The position numbers and the translations under genes are program-made. A DNA stretch of 64,000 nt from Candidatus Shapirobacteria bacterium (GTDB lineage: Bacteria > Patescibacteriota > Microgenomatia > UBA12405), in NCBI GenBank assembly GCA_028704885.1, contig JAQWEN010000001.1, forward strand, positions 587,107 through 651,106. Direction: 5' to 3'. Of this stretch, positions 55,106-64,000 are shown piece by piece (the first letter of the stretch is position 1; each line of letters begins with the position of its first letter). Under the pieces are notes generated by a model that was not told where the DNA came from, made no database searches, and saw only the letters and a list, made by a program, of their open reading frames with translations.

Positions 55106-57226
55106 TTATTCAACCGATCCTTCACCTTGATTATGAGGCATTAAAATGTCTCGGGCCTTAGCACCGTTTGAAGGACCAATTAAACCAGCACTTTCAATTT
55201 CATCTAAGATTTTGGCAGCTCTGGCATAACCAACACTTAATTTTCTTTGGAGATAAGTTGTTGAGGCTTTACCAGTGTCTTGAATTAATTTAACAGCACT
55301 ATCATAAAGAGGATCATGTGGACCACCATCGGTAGAAACCATAGTTGACTTACCATTGCCGGCAGAGACTGGCTGATTAGTAATTTCATCGTTATATTCA
55401 GTAGCTTTTTGATTTTTAAGGAAATCAATTAGAGCAACTAATTCTTTATCGGAGACAAAACAGCCTTGAATACGAACTGGTTTGGCTAGATCTGGGGGAA
55501 TGTAAAGCATATCTCCCCTGCCTAATAATTTTTCAGCACCAGGAGTATCAAGAATAACCCGAGAATCGGTAACTGAAGTAACAGCAAAAGAAATACGAGT
55601 AGGAATATTAGCTTTGATAAGACCGGTAATAACATTAACTGATGGACGTTGAGTAGCTAAAATTAAATGAATACCAACAGCCCGAGCCATTTGAGCGATA
55701 CGACAAACATTATCTTCAACCTCTGATGGGGAAAATAACATAATTTCGGCTAATTCATCAATAAAAATTAAAATGTAAGGCATGGATTGAAAGCCAGACA
55801 AATTATTGTAGGATTCAATATTTTTAGCACCAACTTCGGTAAAAGTTTTATAACGGCGTTCCATTTCAGCAACTGCCCATTTTAAAGCAGAAATAACTTT
55901 TTCTGGATCGACGATGACTGGAGTTAAAAGATGAGGAATGCCATTATAAGGAGTAAGTTCGACTCTTTTTGGATCGACCATAATCATTCTGACTTCTTGA
56001 GGTGAAGCACGGAAAAGAATATTAGCAATCCAAGAATTAACACAAACAGATTTACCTGAACCAGTTTGACCGGCAATTAAAACGTGAGGCATTTTGGTAA
56101 TATCGGCAACTCGAGGATTACCAGCAACATCTAGACCTAATGGAACAGTAATTTTATTCTTGGCATTTTTCATGGCATCAGACTCAATAATTTTTCGAAT
56201 AGGAACAACTTCAAGGGTTTTATTAGGAACTTCAATACCAACTAAAGAACGACCAGGAATTGGGGCTTCGATACGAATTTGACCACCAGGAGCCGACAAA
56301 GCCATGGCTAAATCATTACTTAAACTGATGATTTTGGCTAATTTAGTACCAAGAGCAACTTCAAGAGCATATTGAGTAACAGAAGGACTGTTGTTGTATT
56401 CGACAACTTTGGCGCGAATACCAAAAGATTCGAGAGTTTTTTCGATAGTATTGGCATTATAACGAACATCGCCTCGATCGGCTTTGGCGCCAGGGGTGGA
56501 ATCAAAAATTGAAAGAGGTGGATATTCCCAAATTTGATTATTTGATAAAGATTGAAGCGGCGAAGAAGATGAAAGCGGTAATTGGTTTGGTGATTTCATA
56601 ACCGGAGGAACATTAACAACGTTGGGGTCGTCTTTTTCTTTTGTTTCTTTTTCGGATTTAAAAGGAGAAAGCTCCGACAAAAATTTACCGACGTCTTTTT
56701 GAGGTTTTTCTTTTCTGTTTTTACTATTACCAATAGTGTATTTTTTAAGAGCTTTGAAAATATTAATAAAAAATTTAACGATTTGACCGATGTTAGTATC
56801 GAAAAGAATGACAAAACCAGCAATGCCAGAAAAGAAGAAAATGAAAAAGCTAGGTAATTCACCAGTTAAAATGGTAACTTGATTACTAAAAAATAGACCA
56901 ATAGTTCCCTGTTTTAAAAGACCTAAAAGAGAAATAAACATAATTAAAGATCCAAAAAAAACATTTAATTCTTTTAGAGGAATTTTAATTTTGGCAAAAA
57001 GAAAAGAAGTAAGTAGGAGCAAAAAAGGAACAAAAACGGAAATTAAACCAAAATATTCGGTTAGTTTAATATTGATATTAGTTAAAAGAGGACCGGATTG
57101 AAGAAAAGAAAAAAGAGTAAAAATAGAGAGGACAATAAAAATAATAAAAAAGATGGTTTTTATTGTCTCCGGTTTTAATCTTAAAACTGGAAATAGATGT
57201 TTTTTCTTGCGACCTCGTTTAGCCAT
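55106..57226 (-). CDS. ftsK: DNA translocase FtsK
   Basis: N-terminal TMs, GQTGSGKS, DPKRVEL, ATQRPS, GYARAA gamma domain. Confidence 0.96.
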   Translation of the reverse strand: MAKRGRKKKHLFPVLRLKPETIKTIFFIIFIVLSIFTLFSFLQSGPLLTNINIKLTEYFGLISVFVPFLLLLTSFLFAKIKIPLKELNVFFGSLIMFISLLGLLKQGTIGLFFSNQVTILTGELPSFFIFFFSGIAGFVILFDTNIGQIVKFFINIFKALKKYTIGNSKNRKEKPQKDVGKFLSELSPFKSEKETKEKDDPNVVNVPPVMKSPNQLPLSSSSPLQSLSNNQIWEYPPLSIFDSTPGAKADRGDVRYNANTIEKTLESFGIRAKVVEYNNSPSVTQYALEVALGTKLAKIISLSNDLAMALSAPGGQIRIEAPIPGRSLVGIEVPNKTLEVVPIRKIIESDAMKNAKNKITVPLGLDVAGNPRVADITKMPHVLIAGQTGSGKSVCVNSWIANILFRASPQEVRMIMVDPKRVELTPYNGIPHLLTPVIVDPEKVISALKWAVAEMERRYKTFTEVGAKNIESYNNLSGFQSMPYILIFIDELAEIMLFSPSEVEDNVCRIAQMARAVGIHLILATQRPSVNVITGLIKANIPTRISFAVTSVTDSRVILDTPGAEKLLGRGDMLYIPPDLAKPVRIQGCFVSDKELVALIDFLKNQKATEYNDEITNQPVSAGNGKSTMVSTDGGPHDPLYDSAVKLIQDTGKASTTYLQRKLSVGYARAAKILDEIESAGLIGPSNGAKARDILMPHNQGEGSVE

Positions 57227-57242
57227 GAATTAGTATACCGTT

Positions 57243-58664
57243 TTAGTAGCTTTGTGCAAATAGCCAACGATGTTTTGACGGCTGTCCACAGTGAATACAA
57301 ACTCCAGCTTCATCTTTTTGACCATCAGGAAGACAACGAGTAGTGGCTTTAGTTTCTTCTTTAATTTTTGCCTCACAATCGGCAGATTCACACCAATGAG
57401 CGGAAATAAAACCACGAGTGGTGGACATTATTTTTTTGAATTCATCATAAGAATCAACTGAAAAAGTATTATCTTGAGTAAATTTCTGGTGCTTTTCTAA
57501 TAGATTGCTTTGGATGTCAATTAAAAGTTGATCAATAGTTTTTTCCAAATCGGCAATTTTGACAGTTTGTTTTTCTAGAGTGTCGCGACGGACAACAACA
57601 GCTGAATCAATATCGGCTTCTTTATCGCCTATTTCTAGACGAATAGGAACACCTTTCATTTCCCATTTATTAAATTTAAAACCAGCAGTTTCACCGGCTA
57701 AATCATCAATTTGAGAACGATATTTTGATTTTAATTGATCAAAAATAGAATTAGCTAATTTAATAGCTTTTTCATGGCCAGGAATTGGAACTATAACTAA
57801 TTGAGTTGGAGCAATTTGAGGAGGAAAAACTAATCCATTGTCATCCCCATGAACCATAATTAAACCACCGATTGATCGAGTGGAAAGTCCCCAACTGTTT
57901 TGATAAGGATAAAGTTTGTCACCATTTTGATCTTGAAGCGACCAATCAAAAGATTTGGCAAAATTTTGACCAAGATCATGAGAAGTACCAGCTTGAAGAG
58001 CTTTGCCATTTGGCATTAGGACTTCAATAGTATAAGTTTTGCTAGCACCACCAAATTTTTCTGTTTCACTTTTAATACCAGTAACACCATACATGGCCAA
58101 AAGATCGGAATAAGTTTTTTTATAAAGATTTAAAGCCCATTGAACCATTTCTTGATTTTCTTGGTCGGTGGCATGGGCACAATGACCTTCCTGCCATAAA
58201 AATTCAGTGGTTCTTAAAAAGAGATAAGTGCGTTGTTCCCAACGAACAACATTACACCATTGATTCATCATGACTGGTAAATCGCGCCAAGATTGAGTCC
58301 ATTTTTTGTACATTTCGTACATGATGGTTTCAGAAGTAGGACGAACAATTAGTTTTTCGGTTAATTCTTGACCACCACCGATAGTGACAATGGCTAATTC
58401 AGGGGCAAAACCAGCAACATGTTCTTTTTCTTTTTTTAAAAAACTTTCAGGAATAAACAAAGGAAAATAGGCATTTTGAACACCTTTTTCTTTGATAAAT
58501 TTATCCATAAAACTTTGGATTCTTTCCCAAATGGCATAACCATAAGGACGAATAACCATACAACCTTTGACTGGGGCATAATCGGCCAATTCGGCCTTAA
58601 CCACAAGATCGTTATACCACTCTGATAAGTCTTCGGATTTTAATTTTATGAATTTTTTAGTCAT
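57243..58664 (-). CDS. proS: proline--tRNA ligase (eukaryote/archaea-like type)
   Basis: RPTSET, FLRTTEFLWQEGH, C-terminal Zn domain ending in Y. Confidence 0.96.
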   Translation of the reverse strand: MTKKFIKLKSEDLSEWYNDLVVKAELADYAPVKGCMVIRPYGYAIWERIQSFMDKFIKEKGVQNAYFPLFIPESFLKKEKEHVAGFAPELAIVTIGGGQELTEKLIVRPTSETIMYEMYKKWTQSWRDLPVMMNQWCNVVRWEQRTYLFLRTTEFLWQEGHCAHATDQENQEMVQWALNLYKKTYSDLLAMYGVTGIKSETEKFGGASKTYTIEVLMPNGKALQAGTSHDLGQNFAKSFDWSLQDQNGDKLYPYQNSWGLSTRSIGGLIMVHGDDNGLVFPPQIAPTQLVIVPIPGHEKAIKLANSIFDQLKSKYRSQIDDLAGETAGFKFNKWEMKGVPIRLEIGDKEADIDSAVVVRRDTLEKQTVKIADLEKTIDQLLIDIQSNLLEKHQKFTQDNTFSVDSYDEFKKIMSTTRGFISAHWCESADCEAKIKEETKATTRCLPDGQKDEAGVCIHCGQPSKHRWLFAQSY

Positions 58665-58729
58665 GAGTGATTATAGCTTAAGAATTTAAGTTTCGCTTTA
58701 TATTAGTATAGACGTTGTTTATGTTATTA

Positions 58730-58757
58730 GTAGAGACGCCATGCATGGCGTCTCTAC
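58730..58757. repeat. REP palindrome (GTAG type)
   Basis: Perfect 28-bp palindrome GTAGAGACGCCATGCATGGCGTCTCTAC. Confidence 0.9.
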
Positions 58758-58762
58758 ATTTA

Positions 58763-59338
58763 TTATTTTTTATAATATTTATCTTTGTTCCAGTTTTTAA
58801 TATTATTTTTAATATATTGTTTGATGATTAAATACTCTTTTTCATTTTGAATAATGTGGTCATGAAAACGGGGTTGCCAGGAAAAAAATATGGTTTTTGG
58901 ATTTATTTGACGAGTAGTGGCGGATTTAAATTGTTTTATTACTAATGGAATTGTTTGAGAAGAACGAATAGCTATTCGATGATAATAATAATTATTGTAT
59001 TTTATTGATAGAGACGCATCATGATGCGTCTCTACTGAATTTGACAATGGTTTTGATAGGTTTAATAGTATATGAACATGATTTGGCATAACAATATATT
59101 CATTTAAAATTACATTTGAAAAATGTTTTGGAATATTAATTAAACATTGATTGGTAATAATTCCCATTTTTGATAATTCCATTTTATTGTTAATAATTTT
59201 TCCAAAGAAATTATTATGATTGTAGGTGCAGATAGTGATGAAATAAAATCCAGGAGTAGAATAATCCCAATTTAATAAGCGAGATGATTTTAATTTAAAT
59301 TTGTCAGCAAATTTGGTTGGATTATCGACAAGTGCCAT
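58763..59338 (-). mobile_element. REP-associated tyrosine transposase (RAYT, IS200/Y1 superfamily)
   Basis: YFITIC, MPNHVH (HUH), WQPRFHDH, YIKNN; REPs flanking and inside. Confidence 0.9.
59009..59035. repeat. REP palindrome inside the RAYT ORF (encodes VETHHDASL)
   Basis: TAGAGACGCATCATGATGCGTCTCTA(C). Confidence 0.9.
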
Positions 59339-59353
59339 ATATGGCGTCTCTAC
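59334..59353. repeat. partial REP overlapping the RAYT start codon
   Basis: GCCATATATGGCGTCTCTAC. Confidence 0.8.
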
Positions 59354-59367
59354 AATATAAAATTATT

Positions 59368-61116
59368 TTATACTTCGATAACTAAGGGTAAAACCATGGG
59401 TTGGCGGCCGGTTTTCTTGTAGATAATCTCTTCAAGAAAAGCTTGGATTTCTTCACGAATGAAATCCATGTTGGCTGGGGAACTGGTGGCTTGATTAAAT
59501 TTATTAGTAATTTCGAGCTTTAAAAAGTCGATAAGCTCGGTGTTTTCTTTCATAAAGACGAAACCTCGACTTAAAACGACCGGAGCTTTAACTAATTTAC
59601 CGGATTCTTTTTCAATCAAGAGAACAACAGAAAACATGCCATCTTCGGCGAGAGTTTTTCGGTCTCTTAAAACAGTGGTACCAACATCACCGACTCCAAA
59701 TCCATCAATTAAAACTTTTCGAATAGAAATATGGAAATTAGTGTCGACAGCGCCATTGCTATGAAAAGTGGCCGAAGCATCAAAATCGGGTAAAATTACC
59801 TGTTCTTCGGTATAACCTAATTTTTTAGACATTTGTTGATAATCTTTAAGATGTCGATAGTTACCACCGATTGGCAATAAAAATTTTGGTTTTAATAAAT
59901 TAATTAAAAGAGCATGTTCTTTTTGGTAACCGTGACCGGAAACGTGTAATTCTTCTTTTTCACCATAGACCACTTCAGCTCCCATTTTAGAGAGAAGATC
60001 GATCATATTGTAAATGTTAGAAGTTGTGCCAGGAATATAATCTGGAGAAGAAAAGATGACTTTATCGCCAGCTTTTACTTTTATTTTGTGTTTACCCATG
60101 ATCATTTTACTGAGAGCCGAATCTGGTTGACCAGCAAAGCCGGCAACTAAGAAAAGCAATTTGTTTTCGTTGAAGTTTTTGACTCTTTCGACGGGAACGA
60201 TATCAGTATCGTTTAAAGTTAAATAACCTAAATCTTTGGCAATTTTAATAGCTCGATCGACAGAAAAGCCGACAATAACTATTTTTCGACCAACACTTTT
60301 GCCGTATTCAATGGCTTGAGTCCAACGAACAATATTACTGGAAATTGAAGTAACAAAAACGCGACCTTTAGCGGAAACAATTTCTTGTTTAAAATTTTGA
60401 GCAATAGAAGATTCTGAAGGCGACCAACCTTCTTTATCGGCACCTAAACTATCCGACATTAAGGCAATGACTTTACCAGTTTGACCAACTCGAGCTATTT
60501 TTTGATAATCAGCGCCTTTGCCGTCTAGTGGAAATAAATCAAATTTGAAATCAGAACCATGGTAAAAAATACCCATAGGAGTAGTGATGGCAAAATGAAA
60601 AGTATCAGGAATGGAATGAGTAACGCGAATTGGGTCAATAATAAAAGGACCTTTGGTTATAGGTAAGGTGGTTTCATCATAAACCTGAAGATTAGCGCGG
60701 ATTTGAACTTCACCGAGTCGGGCTTCAATAAAAGCAGCCGCTAGTTTAGGAGCGTAAACTGGAATATTTTGGCCTAAAATCGGCAGAATAAAACGGACAG
60801 CTCCAATATGGTCTTCATGGCCATGAGTAATAAAAATACCTAAAATTCGGTCTTTTTTGTCTTGTAAATAATGAGTATCGGGAATTTGAAGATCGACACC
60901 AAAGGCATCTTCTTCAGGAAAACCGACTCCACAATCAACGATAATAATTTGACTTTTGGCAAGATCGCCATTGGGAATGAACTCATAAACAAACATGTTT
61001 TGAGTGACATCGCCAAAGCCCCCGAGGGAGCTGATTCGCACCGAATCATTACCGGATTTGTATTCTCGGACTTGATTTGGAGCATTAATAAAATTTGTGT
61101 TTTGATTTTTTAACAT
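59368..61116 (-). CDS. rnj: ribonuclease J
   Basis: THGHEDHIG, THSIPD, DFK, HVSGH, P...P.VIEV end. Confidence 0.95.
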   Translation of the reverse strand: MLKNQNTNFINAPNQVREYKSGNDSVRISSLGGFGDVTQNMFVYEFIPNGDLAKSQIIIVDCGVGFPEEDAFGVDLQIPDTHYLQDKKDRILGIFITHGHEDHIGAVRFILPILGQNIPVYAPKLAAAFIEARLGEVQIRANLQVYDETTLPITKGPFIIDPIRVTHSIPDTFHFAITTPMGIFYHGSDFKFDLFPLDGKGADYQKIARVGQTGKVIALMSDSLGADKEGWSPSESSIAQNFKQEIVSAKGRVFVTSISSNIVRWTQAIEYGKSVGRKIVIVGFSVDRAIKIAKDLGYLTLNDTDIVPVERVKNFNENKLLFLVAGFAGQPDSALSKMIMGKHKIKVKAGDKVIFSSPDYIPGTTSNIYNMIDLLSKMGAEVVYGEKEELHVSGHGYQKEHALLINLLKPKFLLPIGGNYRHLKDYQQMSKKLGYTEEQVILPDFDASATFHSNGAVDTNFHISIRKVLIDGFGVGDVGTTVLRDRKTLAEDGMFSVVLLIEKESGKLVKAPVVLSRGFVFMKENTELIDFLKLEITNKFNQATSSPANMDFIREEIQAFLEEIIYKKTGRQPMVLPLVIEV

Positions 61117-61327
61117 AAAAAATTCTTGTGATTATATATATAAATAATAATAAAATCTGAACGGCAACCACAAAATGTTCAGAGTAAATAAATAATTCTT
61201 ACTTAATTTTACTAAATAATTTCCAAATTAAATGGAATGATTTATTGAGGGATTAAATTGCTTGACCGTTTCTAAAACCAAATTGGGTGAACGAAGTCTT
61301 TAACCAAAAGTAAGATTCTTTAAAGTC

Positions 61328-61356
61328 ATTTTAACAAAATTAAGAGTAAAAGGCAA
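61328..61356 (-). promoter_or_regulatory. distal rnj promoter
   Basis: TTGCCT-17 nt-TAAAAT with TGn. Confidence 0.6.
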
Positions 61357-61358
61357 AT

Positions 61359-62420
61359 TTACCATTGAGGCAAGAAAGTTTTGACGTTAGATTCGTCGAC
61401 AATCACCTGTCGGCTTTTACCTTCTAAAATGACTTTGGCAACCTTGCGACACATGCCTTCAATATTACGTTGGAGAGTACGAACACCAGCATCGAAACCA
61501 AGAGGACGGACAATTTGAGGCCATAAATTGTCGCCGATTTTTAAATCATCAGAAGTTAAACCGGTACTTTTTAGAGCTTTTGGTAAAAGATAATTTTTAG
61601 CAATAACTTCTTTTTCTTCGTCAGTGTAAGACGGCATTTGAATAATTTCTAATCTGTCCATAACAGCAGTGGCAATTCGAGAAGTGTTGTTGCAGGTGGC
61701 ACAAAAAATGACTTGGGAAAGATCGACTGGATAATCAAGATAATGATCGACAAAATGACCATTTTGTTCTGGGTCGAGAAGCTCAACGAGAACACCCATG
61801 ATAGTGTTTAAAGCGTCGTCGGCAACACGATCAATTTCATCTAACAAAATAACTGGATTGCGGCTTTTACAATTGACGAGACCTTTGATAATCTGACCTG
61901 GTTCAGAATCGGGACGAGTACGGGAATAGCCACGAAGATAATGAGCATCACCAAGGCCACCGAAAGGAATTCTGACAAGTTCGCGACCCATGACATTAGC
62001 AATTGATTTGGCCATAGTGGTTTTACCAGTACCAACCAAACCGACAAATAAAATAATTGGAGCTTGAATTGTTTCGTTGGGATTGCGATTTTTTTGCAAA
62101 GACAAAACAGAAATATATTCCAAAATTCTTTCTTTAATGGTTTCCAAACCATAGTGCTCTTGGTCTAATTTTTCTTTGGCAAAACGTAAATCTAAAATAT
62201 CTTTGGTTTCATTGAACCAAGGAATGGCAATAATCCAATCAATATATTTAGAAGCATTGTAATAATTTTGCCAAAAAGTTTCTTCGTTTTGAGAATTAAT
62301 TTCGAGTTGAGAAAAAAGTTCTTGTAATTTTATACCTAAATTATCGGGTATTTTGACAGCAGAAACTTTATCAACAAGTTTTTTAATCGCCTCTTTGGTG
62401 GTTAGAACAGTGGAATCCAT
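61359..62420 (-). CDS. Lon-like AAA+ ATPase without protease domain
   Basis: LDQEHYGL..IKERILEY, GLVGTGKT, NPVILLDEID, LLDPEQN..F.DHY; ends after the AAA lid. Confidence 0.85.
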   Translation of the reverse strand: MDSTVLTTKEAIKKLVDKVSAVKIPDNLGIKLQELFSQLEINSQNEETFWQNYYNASKYIDWIIAIPWFNETKDILDLRFAKEKLDQEHYGLETIKERILEYISVLSLQKNRNPNETIQAPIILFVGLVGTGKTTMAKSIANVMGRELVRIPFGGLGDAHYLRGYSRTRPDSEPGQIIKGLVNCKSRNPVILLDEIDRVADDALNTIMGVLVELLDPEQNGHFVDHYLDYPVDLSQVIFCATCNNTSRIATAVMDRLEIIQMPSYTDEEKEVIAKNYLLPKALKSTGLTSDDLKIGDNLWPQIVRPLGFDAGVRTLQRNIEGMCRKVAKVILEGKSRQVIVDESNVKTFLPQW

Positions 62421-62524
62421 TAGAAAAGTATAAGCTATTTAGACACTAATGTCATGGCTAAAAACTTTAAAAACTTCATTCTAAAATAAAACGGAAAAAT
62501 TTTGTATTTTTTAAATCAATCTAT

Positions 62525-63115
62525 TTATTTATTTTTGCTTATATTATTGTTTTTAATCCATGATATGAATTCATCAAATACTTTAGGTTTCCATATCTTA
62601 TTGTCGTAGGACGTTTGTTCTTCTTTTGTAAATTCTGAATATGTTTTTTTATAATTTTCTGGTATAAAAATTCGATCAACTTCACGTACTTTGTTTATAT
62701 TATCTATTTTTAGACTGTATGAGACTATTCCTTTTAATTTTCCGTGAAAAATTTTAATTGTATTTTTGTTTTTATAACATATTACATTGTCAACTTCCCA
62801 AGTCCTATCCTTATTTCCTTTAAGTAGTTTTATTATTCCGTTAGCACCAATATATTTTTCAGCATATTTAACATATGTCTTAGGAAATCCATTAAGTCCA
62901 TTAATATAAAAAGCTGCATCAATAACAAACACCGGCTTCTTAATTTGACTATATGCGAATTCGGCTTTTTCTTTGGCAATTTCTTCAACATCTTCCGATC
63001 TGGATTCAGGTAGTTCTAAAGCAAATTGTTTTAAACCTATTCCATTAAGTTTAAAAAAATCATTTGCGTGATTAAATTTCCATGAATTTGATGTTGCAAA
63101 ATATAATTTGTTCAT
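62525..63115 (-). CDS. Ham1/ITPase-family NTP pyrophosphatase-like protein
   Basis: FATSN..K, IAKEKA, D..FYINGLNGFP..YVK. Confidence 0.8.
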   Translation of the reverse strand: MNKLYFATSNSWKFNHANDFFKLNGIGLKQFALELPESRSEDVEEIAKEKAEFAYSQIKKPVFVIDAAFYINGLNGFPKTYVKYAEKYIGANGIIKLLKGNKDRTWEVDNVICYKNKNTIKIFHGKLKGIVSYSLKIDNINKVREVDRIFIPENYKKTYSEFTKEEQTSYDNKIWKPKVFDEFISWIKNNNISKNK

Positions 63116-63122
63116 TTTATTT

Positions 63123-63998
63123 TTATGGATATATTTTTTTATTACGAAAAGGATATTTTAATATAAAAGAAAAAGTTCCAATTAAACTTCCTTCTAAACT
63201 TTTTAAGACATAAGACGGAGGTAGAGGATATTTTTTAAAAAAACTTTTTAATAAGTTTTTTATTACATATAGATGGTGCCCTAATAAACCCCAATAGAGA
63301 CTACGAAAATCAAAATGTTTAGCGAAAATATAAAGTTGATAGGCAGAATTGCCAACACCATAAGTATATAGTTTATTTTTGAGAGATTTTTTATCTGTTG
63401 GATGTTTATGATATATGATTGCGGTTGAATCGTATTCAACATCATAACCGGCTTTAATGACTCGATAAACAAATTCCAAAGAATTACCATGTCCGATTGG
63501 AGAACCACCGCCAAGAAAAGTAGCATAAGGGCCAACTTTATCAAATACTTTTCTACTTATCATATTGTTTGCTCCGGCAGCAATTTTATTAATTGGCCAA
63601 GGAATCATTTTGTAATCTTTTATTAAATCTATATTTTTATATAGTTTTGAATTAATACCTTTACTTAAACCACCTTTTTTTTCCCATAAATTGGCAACGT
63701 TATTTTTATCGTTGAAGATGCAAACATTTCCAGATACATAACCCAAATTTTTATTTTTTGTAAAATGTTGTAAAAGTTTTTCTACCCAATTTTTATCCTT
63801 TATTATTACGTCATCATCTGTATTAATAATATATTCACCATTAGAAACTTTCATTCCTGTATTTAAGGCAAAAGATTCACCTTTTCTATTTTCTTTAATA
63901 TAAACAACTGGATATTTATTACAAAGATCTAAAGTTGAATTGTCTGTTGAATTATTATCAATAATAACAACTTCAATATTAGGATCTCCTAAAATGTA
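63123..63998 (-). CDS. glycosyltransferase family 2 (partial, starts beyond window)
   Basis: Frame open to the window end: EVVIIDNNSTD...ALNTG...TDDDV. Confidence 0.85.
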   Translation of the reverse strand, partial: YILGDPNIEVVIIDNNSTDNSTLDLCNKYPVVYIKENRKGESFALNTGMKVSNGEYIINTDDDVIIKDKNWVEKLLQHFTKNKNLGYVSGNVCIFNDKNNVANLWEKKGGLSKGINSKLYKNIDLIKDYKMIPWPINKIAAGANNMISRKVFDKVGPYATFLGGGSPIGHGNSLEFVYRVIKAGYDVEYDSTAIIYHKHPTDKKSLKNKLYTYGVGNSAYQLYIFAKHFDFRSLYWGLLGHHLYVIKNLLKSFFKKYPLPPSYVLKSLEGSLIGTFSFILKYPFRNKKIYP

Positions 63999-64000
63999 AA

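Noticed and set aside
61300-61329. 9-codon uORF MTLKNLTFG in the rnj leader
   Set aside because: Its ATG overlaps the -10 box, so it would not be in the transcript.
416-63544. Numerous 60-125 aa ORFs antisense to or nested in core genes (e.g. 416-676, 14417-14749, 21289-21666, 34241-34594, 61841-62152)
   Set aside because: Shadow frames of well-supported genes, with no start signals or motifs.
1-64000. CRISPR array, tRNA/rRNA genes, DGR/retron, prophage
   Set aside because: No regularly spaced repeats, cloverleaf/T-loop signatures, reverse transcriptase or phage structural genes were seen by eye; tRNAscan/Infernal were not run.

Overview
Core-genome window of an AT-rich Patescibacteria (CPR) bacterium, most likely Microgenomatia/Shapirobacteria-like. 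The taxonomy is inferred from the missing rpmD, a shortened AlaRS, a divergent RpoB rifampicin pocket and CPR-type surface proteins. The standard genetic code is used. The minus strand carries the fused S10-spc-alpha-rplM/rpsI ribosomal superoperon, tuf, fusA, rfbBCD, rpsL-rpsG, rpoBC, a pilin-like/Cys-rich surface-protein locus, mltG/yqgF, a sortase, alaS, ftsK, proS, a RAYT with its REPs, rnj, a protease-less Lon-type ATPase and the start of an AT-rich GT2/Ham1 block. The most unusual signal is six self-contained orphan cassettes: three in tandem at 1.1-3.05 kb and single ones at 19.0-19.7, 26.6-27.2 and 39.2-39.7 kb. They share one architecture: sigma70 promoter, leader with a boxA-like 12-mer (long and structured in most), strong Shine-Dalgarno, small orphan ORF(s), and a long two-tier hairpin terminator. 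Host genes differ, being mostly leaderless or SD-less with short terminators. One cassette lies in an islet flanked by a 38-bp duplication of the miaB 3' end. Other highlights are palindromic repeats inserted in-frame in proteins, an EF-Tu lacking the RGITI switch-I motif, resistance-type residues in EF-G, S12 and RpoB, and terminator-like hairpins in the fusA and rpoB leaders. No rRNA, tRNA or CRISPR array was seen. All homology statements come from motif recognition by eye, not database searches.
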